The position numbers were made by a program, and so were the translations under genes. Of a DNA stretch of 64,000 bases, positions 9,162 to 19,204 are shown one piece after another. A model generated the notes under the pieces. That model was not told the origin of the DNA, did not search any database, and worked only from the letters and a program-made list of their open reading frames with translations. The stretch spans positions 124,001-188,000 of IMG/VR virus record IMGVR_UViG_3300046536_000256; one strand, written 5' to 3'. How positions within the stretch are numbered: position 1 is the stretch's first letter; the number at the start of each line of letters is the position of its first letter.

Positions 9162-10799
9162 TTACTCCTGAAGAAGTGGAGTTTGCGCCATCAGCGTGTT
9201 GAGGTTCATCAAGTTTGTTGCCGCTTGACCAGCGTAGCCACCGACCCGGAACGGAATGTTCTTGTCGAGTACTTGGTGGTGACCGAAGCCGCCGTACGCT
9301 TTAGCTTTGGACTCGTTGTCCGCGAGAACGACAATGTACATCTGGTCGCCGTCGAAGTCAGCGTTAAAACTTTTCACACCCAGGATCGGGAGCTTGATAC
9401 TTTCGTCGGACAGATCACGGTTAGCTTTCAGGAAGAACACGCGCAGGCTGAGGTATTCAATCGAAGGATTTCGACCGGTCTCAACCAAGCACTTGCGATT
9501 CACTTCCATGTCCGTAAAGAATGCATCAATCTCTGGGACAATTTCAAACGCTGCTTTGTTGATCAGCGCCTGTGCCATCCACGGCGTAAATCCACGCCGG
9601 TATAGATAGCTGGTGATGTGATATTCCAGAATCGCAACACACATCTTCCACGGCACAATCAACACGTCAGTATCGATAATGCCAGTCTGCGAGGTAATCA
9701 CCGAACGACCCGTGAACGGAATAGACCCAGCACATACGTGCTTCCGTGAGATAGCCGGTTTGTTGAACAGCGCTTTCGGGTTGTTCACCTGACGATACTG
9801 GTCCGCCAGCAGCACCAAGTTCTTCCCGACGATGTCAATGTTGCGGCGATGGTCTTTGTCGTTCAGTTGGTAGCAGGAGTTGGACTTCAGTGTATCGGCG
9901 ATCGCGTTATACAGCTGCGCGGTCTCAGGGTGGTGCGAGTAACTGTACACGTCCTTACCGGTTCGTTCGAACACTGTGGAGTAACGCTTCGGTACTTTGA
10001 TGTACTGACAGAACGCCAAGTGCTTGTACTTGTGGTAGAACGCCAGGAACTTGTGGCCTTCCTGTGGGTGTTTGCTGTAACGCTTACCCGGTCCAACCAG
10101 AATGTATTCCATGATCTGATCAGCGTTCTCGTAGAACGTGTTCAGGTTCGGATCCCGGATACCCAATGCTTCAAGCATCTGGAACAGAATGATCATGGTG
10201 CCGTTCTTTTTCTTCTTCTCGGCCTTTTGATAGGTCGGGTCGATGAAGTAACGCGGAACGGAAACTTTCGGACTCGGGTTGCCAATGGAAATGTTGCTAA
10301 AGAATGTAGTGAAGAACCCGATGTTGATAAAGCTCTTGACGCCTTCTGGGCATTTCAGCCACAGGTTAGTGTCTTCACCTTTGTCGAGGAACTGCTGGGC
10401 TTCTTCGTGGCACTTGGTGCACTTACGACCACTGCCCAACAAGTAGTTACCTACCAACCCGCCTGTGCCGGGTGGACAACTGCAACGTGCGACAGTGTCG
10501 AACGAGTTGCTGTCAAACTCCAACCGAGTCATACGGGCGAGTTCTTCGCGATCGTCTTCTAGGTTGAAGTCAAAATCATTGAGGTATATCTGCTGCAAAC
10601 GACTGGTGTCATGCAGATAGTTAAAGTCCTCGAAGTCCGGGTACAACGGCAGTGAGAATTTTGGGTCATCAATCAGCGGACCATTGAACCGTTTCGCGTA
10701 CCCTTGGAAGTGCAGGATAGGGTCAAGTTCGGTTGGCTGCTTAGTGATTAACGCCGCAATTGCTCGTTCGTTGGAAGGAGTTAATTCTGGCAACTTCAT
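9162..10799 (-). CDS. Non-virion RNA polymerase beta' subunit carrying the catalytic motif (phiKZ gp55-56 like), uninterrupted
   Basis: NADFDGD catalytic motif, GRSVI and GRNPSI motifs, zinc finger CSC...CTKC; follows chimallin. Confidence 0.93.
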   Translation of the reverse strand: MKLPELTPSNERAIAALITKQPTELDPILHFQGYAKRFNGPLIDDPKFSLPLYPDFEDFNYLHDTSRLQQIYLNDFDFNLEDDREELARMTRLEFDSNSFDTVARCSCPPGTGGLVGNYLLGSGRKCTKCHEEAQQFLDKGEDTNLWLKCPEGVKSFINIGFFTTFFSNISIGNPSPKVSVPRYFIDPTYQKAEKKKKNGTMIILFQMLEALGIRDPNLNTFYENADQIMEYILVGPGKRYSKHPQEGHKFLAFYHKYKHLAFCQYIKVPKRYSTVFERTGKDVYSYSHHPETAQLYNAIADTLKSNSCYQLNDKDHRRNIDIVGKNLVLLADQYRQVNNPKALFNKPAISRKHVCAGSIPFTGRSVITSQTGIIDTDVLIVPWKMCVAILEYHITSYLYRRGFTPWMAQALINKAAFEIVPEIDAFFTDMEVNRKCLVETGRNPSIEYLSLRVFFLKANRDLSDESIKLPILGVKSFNADFDGDQMYIVVLADNESKAKAYGGFGHHQVLDKNIPFRVGGYAGQAATNLMNLNTLMAQTPLLQE

Positions 10800-10836
10800 T
10801 TACAATAACTCCAAAAATATTGAAAGGCAAAGAAAA

Positions 10837-10864
10837 GGTTAGGAAGACCGAAGTCCTCCTAACC
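10837..10864 (-). terminator. Terminator after chimallin
   Basis: GGTTAGGA...TCCTAACC stem followed by TTTTCTTT on the minus strand. Confidence 0.75.
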
Positions 10865-10893
10865 CCCTCATCTTTACTTAACTTCGGTTAAGA

Positions 10894-12909
10894 TCAACCG
10901 AAAGCCTGGCTCATACCGTAGCCTGCACCCAGGTTGGCGCCGCTTGGGTTGTTGGAGCCGACCGACATGTAGGTAGCCAGACCAGCGCCCGGTGCGAACA
11001 CTAGGTTGTTGGAGCGGAAGCTGCCCAGGTTGTTGGCCACGTTCAGAGTGCCGATGCCGTCCATTGCTTCGCCGATAACGGCCATCAGCTGCGGATCCCA
11101 GATGTGAGTCTGAGCGAACGAGTTGATGTGGACTGCGCCGTCGAAGATCGACTGGTTCAGTTCCAGACGCAGTTTCTGGCAACGAGCTTTGAAGTCCTCG
11201 TTGGTCATGCCGTACTGGGTAGCCAGGAACTGCTGGATGGCTTGAGTGCCGCCCTTGCCCTTGAGGTGACCGAGCATCATCTCGTCCAACTCTTGGGTGT
11301 TCAGTTTCTTGCCGCCGATTTCCGCCAGACCGTTGACAGTGATGACCGGAGTACGGTGCAGCACAGTCATCGAAGGGTTCCAGCCAGTGGTTGCCTTGAT
11401 GTTGCGATCGACCAGTACCGAGAAGGCGCCGTTCGACAGTGCGTCCATGACGGCGATCATGGTTTGCACTTCTTCTTTGCGGTTCTTGCTCGCCAGACGA
11501 ACCAGGAAGTTCTGGATCGAGGCGTGCGGGCCGCATGGGTTGATGTTGACCTGGAAGGTCGCGTGCGGGCTGACGTTCTGGCGGATCCAGTTGTTCACCA
11601 GGTCGGTGTCGGAAACGGTCTTCTCGGTCAGCACGATGCGGTTCTGGATAACGCCCACTTGTTGCAGCATTTCGTCGATCCGCACTTCCAGGGAAGCGAG
11701 GTTACCGCGAGCGCCAACGCTGTGCTTACGCAGAGCTTCGGCAAACACGAAGTTGTTGTTGGTGGCCATCAACAGGTACAGACCGTAGAAGAACGGCGAC
11801 AGACCTTGGTTGTAGGACATCATTTCACCGGCCTGAGCTTCTTCGATGGTGATCACCGGAGCCAGTGGACGGTAGCCTTGTGGGTAGATCCCGCCGCCGA
11901 TGTTCATCATGCGCTGCATGGCTTCCTGCTGCTGACGTGCGGAACCCGCGGCCAGTTGAGCAGTGTAAGCCTGGTACGATTGCGCGTTCAGAGAAACCGT
12001 AGCGGTGACGCGAGCGATCTCCTTGCTGTTCGCCGCATAGGCGTTCGGGTTGTTGATGTTGTTCATGGTGGAAGCGATCACTTCCATGTTGGCTGCGGAC
12101 AGAGTCTTGCCAGCAGTTACACGGCCGCTGATTGCCGATACACGGGCTTCAGCGTGACCATCTTTGCCGTACGGGCTGGATGGGTTGGAGAACGGCGAAG
12201 GCAGCTTGGAACCGGCGATAGCCATTTCCTGCGGAACCTTGACCAACAACGCTTCTTCCCACGCACCGGTGAGGTATTGCGACAGAGCGTGTGGACGATC
12301 CTTGATATCGCCAGCTTCGGCGTGATCCAGCATTTCCAGGTCGACCACAACCATGTTGATGATGGTGACCGCTTTGACGCCTTTCGTTTCACCGACACGG
12401 GTGTAGTGAGCGCGCAGGTTGTCGACAACGTTCTTGTCCGCGTAGCTGGCCGGAGTCAGTGGCGCCGAAACGGATTGCGAGATGCCGGCACCGAAGCCCA
12501 TCGGCGAGTTCATGCGGATGTATTCGGAGCTGATGGTCAGGTGCTTGTTCGAGAACAGAGCACCCATCACGTACAGCACGCCGCCGATTTCGCGGTAGAA
12601 GCAGACGCCCGGCAGAACTGGCGAGATCGCGGAGGTCATGGACTCGACTTCCGGGATGATGCTCAGTTGCAGTTCGGTGGTGGTCGACGACTTGATGCGC
12701 TTGTAGGTTTCGATGATCGCTTCGATGGTATCCGCAACTTCTTTGAGGTTGCGGTTATCGGAGGTCATGGAGACCATTTGGTACAGACCAGCGAGGCCGC
12801 CTTTGGCCAAACCAGCTGTGGTAGTCAGGATGGTGTTCTCGGCAGAATCTTTGCCCGAGTTTGCTTTTTCGCCGTCTTCCCAGGAAGATTTGCCAGTGTT
12901 AACGCTCAT
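10894..12909 (-). CDS. chmA: Chimallin, major phage nuclear shell protein
   Basis: 671 aa with strong high-expression codon bias, its own early promoter and terminator. It lies between the DNA polymerase block and nvRNAP beta', the canonical chmA position. Confidence 0.82.
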   Translation of the reverse strand: MSVNTGKSSWEDGEKANSGKDSAENTILTTTAGLAKGGLAGLYQMVSMTSDNRNLKEVADTIEAIIETYKRIKSSTTTELQLSIIPEVESMTSAISPVLPGVCFYREIGGVLYVMGALFSNKHLTISSEYIRMNSPMGFGAGISQSVSAPLTPASYADKNVVDNLRAHYTRVGETKGVKAVTIINMVVVDLEMLDHAEAGDIKDRPHALSQYLTGAWEEALLVKVPQEMAIAGSKLPSPFSNPSSPYGKDGHAEARVSAISGRVTAGKTLSAANMEVIASTMNNINNPNAYAANSKEIARVTATVSLNAQSYQAYTAQLAAGSARQQQEAMQRMMNIGGGIYPQGYRPLAPVITIEEAQAGEMMSYNQGLSPFFYGLYLLMATNNNFVFAEALRKHSVGARGNLASLEVRIDEMLQQVGVIQNRIVLTEKTVSDTDLVNNWIRQNVSPHATFQVNINPCGPHASIQNFLVRLASKNRKEEVQTMIAVMDALSNGAFSVLVDRNIKATTGWNPSMTVLHRTPVITVNGLAEIGGKKLNTQELDEMMLGHLKGKGGTQAIQQFLATQYGMTNEDFKARCQKLRLELNQSIFDGAVHINSFAQTHIWDPQLMAVIGEAMDGIGTLNVANNLGSFRSNNLVFAPGAGLATYMSVGSNNPSGANLGAGYGMSQAFG

Positions 12910-13000
12910 GGTGTTACTCCGTTGCTCTGAAGAATTAGGGGTGTGTTATAAACGCTATTTGTGCAGGATTGCAAAATTATCATTAGCGATTTACCAACTA

Positions 13001-13017
13001 GTGATATAGGTGTGAAA
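13001..13017 (-). promoter_or_regulatory. Early (virion RNAP) promoter motif TTTCACACCTATATCAC
   Basis: Repeated intergenic motif ending TAT(T/C)AC, similar to the phiKZ early TATTAC element. Confidence 0.75.
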
Positions 13018-13123
13018 TATTATAGCCTCACGTCTAAATCAACCAAAATGCGCTATTGACCCTCCCGGATTTCTCCAGGAGTCTTTACGGTGTATATAAT
13101 GGACGTCAACTAGGATTTAATTT

Positions 13124-14221
13124 ATGCTCACTTTGTCGTTGCCAAGTCCTTCGTCATTTGTTTACCCTAAAGTCAACTTCGGAAAACTGGACAACCTGCG
13201 TCGTCAAGCCGAATTCAACCGGAAGGCCTTTAAAGATTACGTTCGTGAGAACGTCTTCAATCTCGAGAACGAACATCTGCTGGTAGGATTACTCCAACAG
13301 TTAAGTATTGATAAAAGCTGGGATCTCGAGTACGTGGTTCAGTACACTCGGTTCCGTGCCTATTCATTGTGCACGCTGTTTAACATTACCTCACTCAGTC
13401 ACGTTGGGTCGGCCATCGACACCGGGTTCTACCGGGAAGCCACCTTGGAACACTGGTGCCTGATCGAGGATGACCGCGTCTATAATGAAGCCACCTTCGA
13501 CTTCGCCACATCCTACCCGATCGTCCCGCTCTACACCACCCGTACCGACCATGGGTATCGCCACAGCGCCATCAAGCGCTGGGAAAACCCTAACCCACCA
13601 AAGCACCTGGCTGTCATCGGCTTGAACCTTGTGGAGCTTGCTGTGGGCTGGTGGAAGTACATGCGGGATCCTCAGTACGACGACACTGGCACCTCGGCTT
13701 ATGTCTGTTACTTCGGGTTGGTCAACGCTCAGCTGATCCACAACCAGATGGCGGTGTTCAACGTGCTGTACGAACACATGGCTGACGGAAAGCCATTGGA
13801 CGAGTTGATCAAGACCAACGACGTTACCTTCATCACGGTCAGCGAAAGCAAGCTGCTGAAAGAGTACGTGGAGTTCTTGGTGGATCGGTTCAACGGCAAT
13901 CGACTCATGGACCTCAATCACTTGATGGTGCAGATTCAAAGCATCTACAAGCAACCGTACTTCAACTACGTCCGGGCTGGTAAGTCAGCGTTGTTCTCGC
14001 AGACCTGTTGGGTGTGGGAGATCCAGATCATGAAGCTCTACGCTCTGTATCTGACGATCGCCAACAACAAGGGCTACAAAGCAGCCGACATTAACACGGT
14101 GATCGATCGGTCTCACGCTGCTCGTTATAACAACTATCAGCGCATTCCAGAGAAGATCTTCCGTAACCATTTCGAAGCCATGGCTGACAATGTCTTCGAG
14201 CTCAACAAACTCAATGTGTGA
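13124..14221 (+). CDS. Conserved hypothetical protein divergent from chimallin (phiKZ gp52 position)
   Basis: 365 aa, AGGA SD, followed by a hairpin. Confidence 0.82.
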   Translation: MLTLSLPSPSSFVYPKVNFGKLDNLRRQAEFNRKAFKDYVRENVFNLENEHLLVGLLQQLSIDKSWDLEYVVQYTRFRAYSLCTLFNITSLSHVGSAIDTGFYREATLEHWCLIEDDRVYNEATFDFATSYPIVPLYTTRTDHGYRHSAIKRWENPNPPKHLAVIGLNLVELAVGWWKYMRDPQYDDTGTSAYVCYFGLVNAQLIHNQMAVFNVLYEHMADGKPLDELIKTNDVTFITVSESKLLKEYVEFLVDRFNGNRLMDLNHLMVQIQSIYKQPYFNYVRAGKSALFSQTCWVWEIQIMKLYALYLTIANNKGYKAADINTVIDRSHAARYNNYQRIPEKIFRNHFEAMADNVFELNKLNV

Positions 14222-14234
14222 AACATAGTGCCCT

Positions 14235-14262
14235 CTGGCCAGCTCCGAAAGGGGCTGGTTGG
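14235..14262 (+). terminator. Hairpin terminator
   Basis: CCAGCTCC-GAAA-GGGGCTGG with a GNRA loop and a T-rich stretch downstream. Confidence 0.6.
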
Positions 14263-14356
14263 ATGACGTATTTTATTTCACTGTCTATTCTGTGGGAAAG
14301 AACTTTGCTGGGAGTACCAGTGAACGAATTCCAAATGGTAGAAGAGATAACATAAA

Positions 14357-14403
14357 AACCCACTCCCTAGAGGCAAGCCTTGGGCTTCCTCTGGGAATGG
14401 GTT
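14357..14403 (-). terminator. Terminator of the DNA polymerase operon
   Basis: Long imperfect stem AACCCACTCCCTAGAGG...CCTCTGGGAATGGGTT followed by TTTATG on the minus strand. Confidence 0.7.
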
Positions 14404-14411
14404 ATGCACGC

Positions 14412-14759
14412 TTACTGCTCTGGAACACCCGCAACAATGAACCAGAAGATATTGTCGATGCCGACATCGAAGTGCTCGAGTACCTTGTCCGGTTCAGCCA
14501 GATCAACCACTTCGGTGATCTTGTCGGTGAAGGTGACCCGCAGCTTACGCCCGTCGTTATCGGTCAGGACCATCGGAACGCTGGCATCAAACTTGACCTC
14601 CGCGCCTTCCAGTGCCAGTTTGACGTGCAGCGGACAACGTTGACTGTTTTCGCTGGCGTCGCCCGGGGCTACTCTGAGTTGAGCAACGTTCATGGTATCG
14701 CGACCACTGTCGTCAACGTAGTAACCGAATGGACCTTTACGTACACAAATTGGTTTCAT
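14412..14759 (-). CDS. Hypothetical protein
   Basis: 115 aa, GAGGA SD, typical codon bias. Confidence 0.78.
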   Translation of the reverse strand: MKPICVRKGPFGYYVDDSGRDTMNVAQLRVAPGDASENSQRCPLHVKLALEGAEVKFDASVPMVLTDNDGRKLRVTFTDKITEVVDLAEPDKVLEHFDVGIDNIFWFIVAGVPEQ

Positions 14760-14774
14760 TGTACATCCTCGTTA

Positions 14775-16853
14775 TTAATGTTCGTCGGAGACCAGGCGGG
14801 TAGTCTTAGAGTTCATAATGAACAGACCCAAGGTTTCCAGAATGGCGTACACCGACTTCAGGTTTTGGGAGATCAGCAGACGGGTGTCCACAATGGGCAT
14901 GATCTCTTTCGGAATCCCGCCCATTGCAGTGATCATGTCCACTGGAATGTAAACAGACGTCAAGTTACTGCGCGCGCTGATGAACTCTTCGAGCTTGGCC
15001 ACCAGTGCGTTTTCGCGGTGTGCGTCGAAGAAGTGCTTGATCTTGGTCTTGTTGCTCAGTGCCAAGTTGACCTTGTACGCTTTATAAGGCAGAACCGGTG
15101 CTCTACCGTATTTGTCGGAGAAGACTTTCTCCCACATCTCGTGGTAGTAGTAGATCGACGAGTCGGGTGTCGTGTAGGACTCTTGTTCCTTGATACCGTT
15201 CTTCGTCAACCAACCCCAGCCGCCTTCCTCGATGTCCTTGATCAGATCACGCTCAATGTTCCCCACTTCATGCAACACAGTCGCTGCATCCAGCTGAGAA
15301 CGTCCGTAGAGCGCATCCAAGATCTTCCGCATGAGTTTGGTGGTGAAGTCCCGCACCAGCAAGGCAATCTTCACGCCGCGTAAGTGGACACCTTTCAGTT
15401 CCAAGTCGGCATGGTCGTTGAGGATACCCTCCACCATAAGCTGCAATGCGAAGTAGTGCTTCGACATCGAAGTCGTTACATACGACCCAAACAGGTATTC
15501 GTTCTTCATGTTCAGGCGGTGCAGGTACTTCTTCGCCACGTTCATGTTCTTGCTGAGACGCGCATGCTGGTCTACGGCAATCGAACGGATGAAGTACGTC
15601 AGTACCCCGTTGAACTTCAGCCCGGTGTCGGCATCACTGGCGTAATCGTCAATGATCAAGTCAACGCTATAAATCGAGGAGTCAGTGTCGGAAGTCAATA
15701 CAGACTCACGCACCATCTCTTTTACATCGAACAAGCCAGTCGGCGGAATCTTCGACTTGAGGAACGCCCGAATAAACCGATCCCACTTCACTTCCAAACC
15801 GATGTGGTATTGGTTGAGGTGGTTGACCTGCAACGGGGTGGCTTTCTTACCCAGCTTGGTAATACAAAGGATCTTGTAGTCGCCGTTGGCTGGTTTAGGG
15901 AAGTCCGCTGCATCAGCACCTTCTGGAACCTCAGGGATCACACACCATTCAGCGAAGTACTGTTTCATCAACGCCGGGTTAGTGACGTAAAGTCCACGCA
16001 AGTCCATCGAGCACAACAGGATCGTCAATTCCAGCGGGTCCAAGTCCGCCAAGAACATTTCAATAGCCCGCAGGTTCGACGGGCTGTTCCAGTAGTACGA
16101 CGTGCAACGGATCACCATGTCCATGACTTGCGGGACAGTGGCGTACGTCATGTTGTATTCGTTGATCACCGCTTGGATCAGGTCACGGTCTGCATACCGC
16201 AATTGAGCCAGGAAGTACTCGATCGTTTTGTTGTACGTCAGCAGCAGACGGTTACCGGTGATCAGCCGTTCGTTGGTCAGGTTGGCCGTCGAGGTGACTG
16301 CGCGACAGGTACTGGTCAGCGAGGTGTGGCCCGACTTGTTGAACAACGGTGTACCCGAAGACGACATACCGCCCGACTGGGCGTTGTTGAAGATCTTCAG
16401 GGCGTTCTGGATTTCGTTGAACGCTTTCCAGGCTTCGGAGCCTTTCGGTACTTCGCCGCGTTTGCCTTTATACAGGCGACGGAACTCAATGAAGATCTCC
16501 GTACCCGAGGCGTTAACCGATTGCTCTTCCATCGTGTTCTTGTAAGCAACGAACGACGGAGACAAGTGCCAGTTGTTGTCTTCTACGGTTTGGAAGAACT
16601 CACGGGCTGGTTGGACAACTGCTTCGCGGTCGCCATACTTGTTCTTCTGGAAGACTTTGAACTTGGCTTCTTTAAAGCCATTCTCATTCGGAACAAACAC
16701 ATCCTTGATCAACATCAGGATGTGGTCATAATCGTACTTATAAACAAGCGCCAGATACATCGCCGCTTGTTCATGATAATGCCTGACCACGTTACGGTCG
16801 GAAGTGTAATCAACTTCAACAAAAGGTGAAAGGTGGAGAGCTTGAACGCCCAT
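14775..16853 (-). CDS. Family B DNA polymerase, polymerase-domain half of the split phiKZ-type enzyme (gp50-like)
   Basis: Motif B-like LKIFNNAQSG, motif C SDTDS, KHYF and LKGV; no exonuclease domain apparent. Confidence 0.88.
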   Translation of the reverse strand: MGVQALHLSPFVEVDYTSDRNVVRHYHEQAAMYLALVYKYDYDHILMLIKDVFVPNENGFKEAKFKVFQKNKYGDREAVVQPAREFFQTVEDNNWHLSPSFVAYKNTMEEQSVNASGTEIFIEFRRLYKGKRGEVPKGSEAWKAFNEIQNALKIFNNAQSGGMSSSGTPLFNKSGHTSLTSTCRAVTSTANLTNERLITGNRLLLTYNKTIEYFLAQLRYADRDLIQAVINEYNMTYATVPQVMDMVIRCTSYYWNSPSNLRAIEMFLADLDPLELTILLCSMDLRGLYVTNPALMKQYFAEWCVIPEVPEGADAADFPKPANGDYKILCITKLGKKATPLQVNHLNQYHIGLEVKWDRFIRAFLKSKIPPTGLFDVKEMVRESVLTSDTDSSIYSVDLIIDDYASDADTGLKFNGVLTYFIRSIAVDQHARLSKNMNVAKKYLHRLNMKNEYLFGSYVTTSMSKHYFALQLMVEGILNDHADLELKGVHLRGVKIALLVRDFTTKLMRKILDALYGRSQLDAATVLHEVGNIERDLIKDIEEGGWGWLTKNGIKEQESYTTPDSSIYYYHEMWEKVFSDKYGRAPVLPYKAYKVNLALSNKTKIKHFFDAHRENALVAKLEEFISARSNLTSVYIPVDMITAMGGIPKEIMPIVDTRLLISQNLKSVYAILETLGLFIMNSKTTRLVSDEH

Positions 16854-16962
16854 ATTGACTCACTTGATCTGAGTAACCGTTATAAAAATAATGACGCGAC
16901 AAAAAAGAAAAGTAGCTACTACGCGCCCTAATAATAGGACACGTAGTATTTGGTTAACCGAC

Positions 16963-17382
16963 TTACTGGTCTTTCACGTTCAGGGTGTAGGTGGCCCCGA
17001 GATTGGCCATGAACGTTTTGAGCGGCGCGCGGAAGTCTTCACGGAAGTTGGTGATTTGCAGCGTGGCGATACGACCGTCCACAATGCGATACGACGACTC
17101 CTGAATCCACGGCAACCCGATGACCTCAATCGCTCCGTTCGAAGCCTGTACGGCCATGTAGGAGTAGTTGGAGGGGTCATTGATGTAACCCACCTTCTGG
17201 TCGAAGTACGGGAACAGGGCAGTGTGTTTCAGACCGACCTGGGGTTCCATGAGCAAGGCGGCTTGGTAACTGATGTCACCCGCCAACACTTTAACCTGCA
17301 CCCGCTCATCGCCGTTGACACCGTTAACAACCAACTGGAAGCTAACGACGTCCCCGTTCTTGGGGGTAATAATATCTGCCAT
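16963..17382 (-). CDS. Conserved hypothetical protein (phiKZ gp49 position)
   Basis: 139 aa, AGGAG SD, followed by a hairpin at about 16917-16949. Confidence 0.8.
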   Translation of the reverse strand: MADIITPKNGDVVSFQLVVNGVNGDERVQVKVLAGDISYQAALLMEPQVGLKHTALFPYFDQKVGYINDPSNYSYMAVQASNGAIEVIGLPWIQESSYRIVDGRIATLQITNFREDFRAPLKTFMANLGATYTLNVKDQ

Positions 17383-17393
17383 CGGTGTAGCTC

Positions 17394-17714
17394 CTAATAA
17401 TCGATTTCGAGGAGGATCAAAGGCATGATGAAACTTTGACGACCCGTGTTAACCACATGACCTGGTACTCTAGACACAAAGATGTCGGTCAGGGTTCCGA
17501 AGGTCAGCCTTTTGAGCAAGATCTCGGTGAAACGGGTGTCTGTGGCGAAAGCATCTGCGTCCATCATATCTTCGACGTGTTGATCAATCACCTCCCTGAA
17601 ATGCTCAAACGACATTTTGGAAAGTGGGCTGTCTTTATCGTCTTGACGGTAATACAGTTGCAGGTGCTCAGCCAGTTCATCATAATCCACTTTCACAAAG
17701 TGCGTCAGTTTCAT
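17394..17714 (-). CDS. Small hypothetical protein of the phuZ-polymerase array
   Basis: 106 aa, operonic spacing. Confidence 0.75.
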   Translation of the reverse strand: MKLTHFVKVDYDELAEHLQLYYRQDDKDSPLSKMSFEHFREVIDQHVEDMMDADAFATDTRFTEILLKRLTFGTLTDIFVSRVPGHVVNTGRQSFIMPLILLEIDY

Positions 17715-17718
17715 AGAA

Positions 17719-18018
17719 CTACTCGTTATAAGAGAAAACGAACGTCGCCGTGGTGTTTTGCACGCGGGTGTTGATCAAAGTAAGCCCGTCGTGCTGCATC
17801 ATGGCGCCTTTCAGAAGATTCATCGTCCCAAAGAATTCAACAGTGAGCCTTTGGTTCTCTTCCGGGATAGGGTGAGTGAAGCCTTGGGTACCTGCCGGGA
17901 ACGGATCAACCACTGGGATTCCCATGGAGCTAAAAAGGGAATGGTACTGTCCCACCAGTTCCCGGACATCCGTCAGCGGAGGCACTCTCACCGTGTGTGT
18001 TAAATACTTCTCGGTCAT
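17719..18018 (-). CDS. Small hypothetical protein of the array
   Basis: 99 aa, GGAG SD 7 nt upstream. Confidence 0.72.
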   Translation of the reverse strand: MTEKYLTHTVRVPPLTDVRELVGQYHSLFSSMGIPVVDPFPAGTQGFTHPIPEENQRLTVEFFGTMNLLKGAMMQHDGLTLINTRVQNTTATFVFSYNE

Positions 18019-18331
18019 CCTCTATCTCCAGTAGAATAACGTAAGGCAAGACATCCCAGCGAATCAGCTGGCCACCGGCGGCGTACTGCTTTATGTAATT
18101 ACCCAGCTCAGTGAGGTAATACCCGCCTTCCATCAGCAGCATTTGTTCTGCCAATGGGTCCAGTCCTAATTCGGGTAAAAGGAATTCAATCGTCAAGGCA
18201 TCGTAATGATGGTTGGCGCGCCACAGGTGGATAAACCCTATCAGCGCCGCAATGGTTTCATTTGACGAGAATCCGATCCGCTTAAAAATCGTCGGTAACT
18301 TCCCAAGCGGTATCGTCACAAATCTGCTCAT
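17930..18331 (-). CDS. Small hypothetical protein of the array (overlaps the next gene by 89 nt)
   Basis: 133 aa, GGAG SD 7 nt upstream. Confidence 0.7.
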   Translation of the reverse strand: MSRFVTIPLGKLPTIFKRIGFSSNETIAALIGFIHLWRANHHYDALTIEFLLPELGLDPLAEQMLLMEGGYYLTELGNYIKQYAAGGQLIRWDVLPYVILLEIEDDREVFNTHGESASADGCPGTGGTVPFPF

Positions 18332-18743
18332 GGATAAACTCCCGGGGGTCTAACCCAATCAGCACGTTACAGTTTGGAAGCAAGCGGTAAGCGAAACGGT
18401 AGCGGATGTCCGTGGTCGGCAATATGGATAGCACTTTGGTGTTAAGTGCCGACGCTATATCCTGGGCGATCTCTTCGATATCCTCAGAAAGCAAGTGCTT
18501 CTTTGCTAGACCTATGGAGAATCGGGTGTCGCCCAAGTGAACACCTTTGCCGTGTGCAAAAGTATCGAGGCTCATCTGCATCATGCCGACAGCCATTTCA
18601 TTGTAACGGTTAAACCCAGGGGGAATCCCTGTACTGCTACCACTTACGTCCGTTCTTATCCGAGTTAATAAATCGCCCGCCTCGATCTGATAGTAACGGA
18701 GTTCTGGGCTTAAGTTGGCGAGAAAGCTCTCGATCGAATTCAT
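18282..18743 (-). CDS. Small hypothetical protein of the array (overlaps the next gene by 50 nt)
   Basis: 153 aa, GGAG SD 7 nt upstream. Confidence 0.72.
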   Translation of the reverse strand: MNSIESFLANLSPELRYYQIEAGDLLTRIRTDVSGSSTGIPPGFNRYNEMAVGMMQMSLDTFAHGKGVHLGDTRFSIGLAKKHLLSEDIEEIAQDIASALNTKVLSILPTTDIRYRFAYRLLPNCNVLIGLDPREFIHEQICDDTAWEVTDDF

Positions 18744-19188
18744 TCAATAGCTCCGCACCGGGGTTATCTGAAACGACGTCAGTAATCTCCGGACGTCTTG
18801 CTTTAGTATGGGTACGCCGTACCGCACTAACTTCAGCTTGAACCGTTGCATCCAGGTCCATGCGGACGGTGATACGGTGGAACGTGTTGGACAACTTCTT
18901 GCTTTCGAGCTTGACCTTCATGCGTGGGTCCCAACCGCTGGCCGCCATATCTCGCTTGATACGTTCGACCAACTCCATGACAATGCCATCCGCGCAGGGG
19001 AGCCCCATTTCGAGTTCGTAAACTTCCGCCAAGCCTTCAAACAGCTCCAAGTGCCGAGACTTAGGAAAGTTAACGACTTCAACAGCGGCTTCAATTAAAC
19101 GCTCGGCGACGACCTCTTTGGCACTAATGTGTTGGTCATTCAAGAACACTAAGTCCTTGGCCATTTGTTTAACATCAAACACTGACAT
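18637..19188 (-). CDS. Hypothetical protein of the array (overlaps the next gene by 107 nt)
   Basis: 183 aa, GGAGG SD. Confidence 0.75.
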   Translation of the reverse strand: MSVFDVKQMAKDLVFLNDQHISAKEVVAERLIEAAVEVVNFPKSRHLELFEGLAEVYELEMGLPCADGIVMELVERIKRDMAASGWDPRMKVKLESKKLSNTFHRITVRMDLDATVQAEVSAVRRTHTKARRPEITDVVSDNPGAELLNEFDRELSRQLKPRTPLLSDRGGRFINSDKNGRKW

Positions 19189-19204
19189 ACACCCTCCCCT
19201 TGCT

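Noticed and set aside
11104-12930. 608-aa ORF antisense to chimallin, and the 220-aa same-strand alternative frame 10874-11536
   Set aside because: Shadow frames of a highly biased gene; R/P/G-rich, no SD, no codon distortion in the main frame.
13056-13100. TTGACC and TATAAT as a host sigma70 promoter
   Set aside because: Spacing is about 33 nt, not 16-18.
14263-14356. TTCACTG...CAGTGAA inverted repeat between two convergent terminators
   Set aside because: Short stem and no promoter evidence; insufficient to call an RNA.
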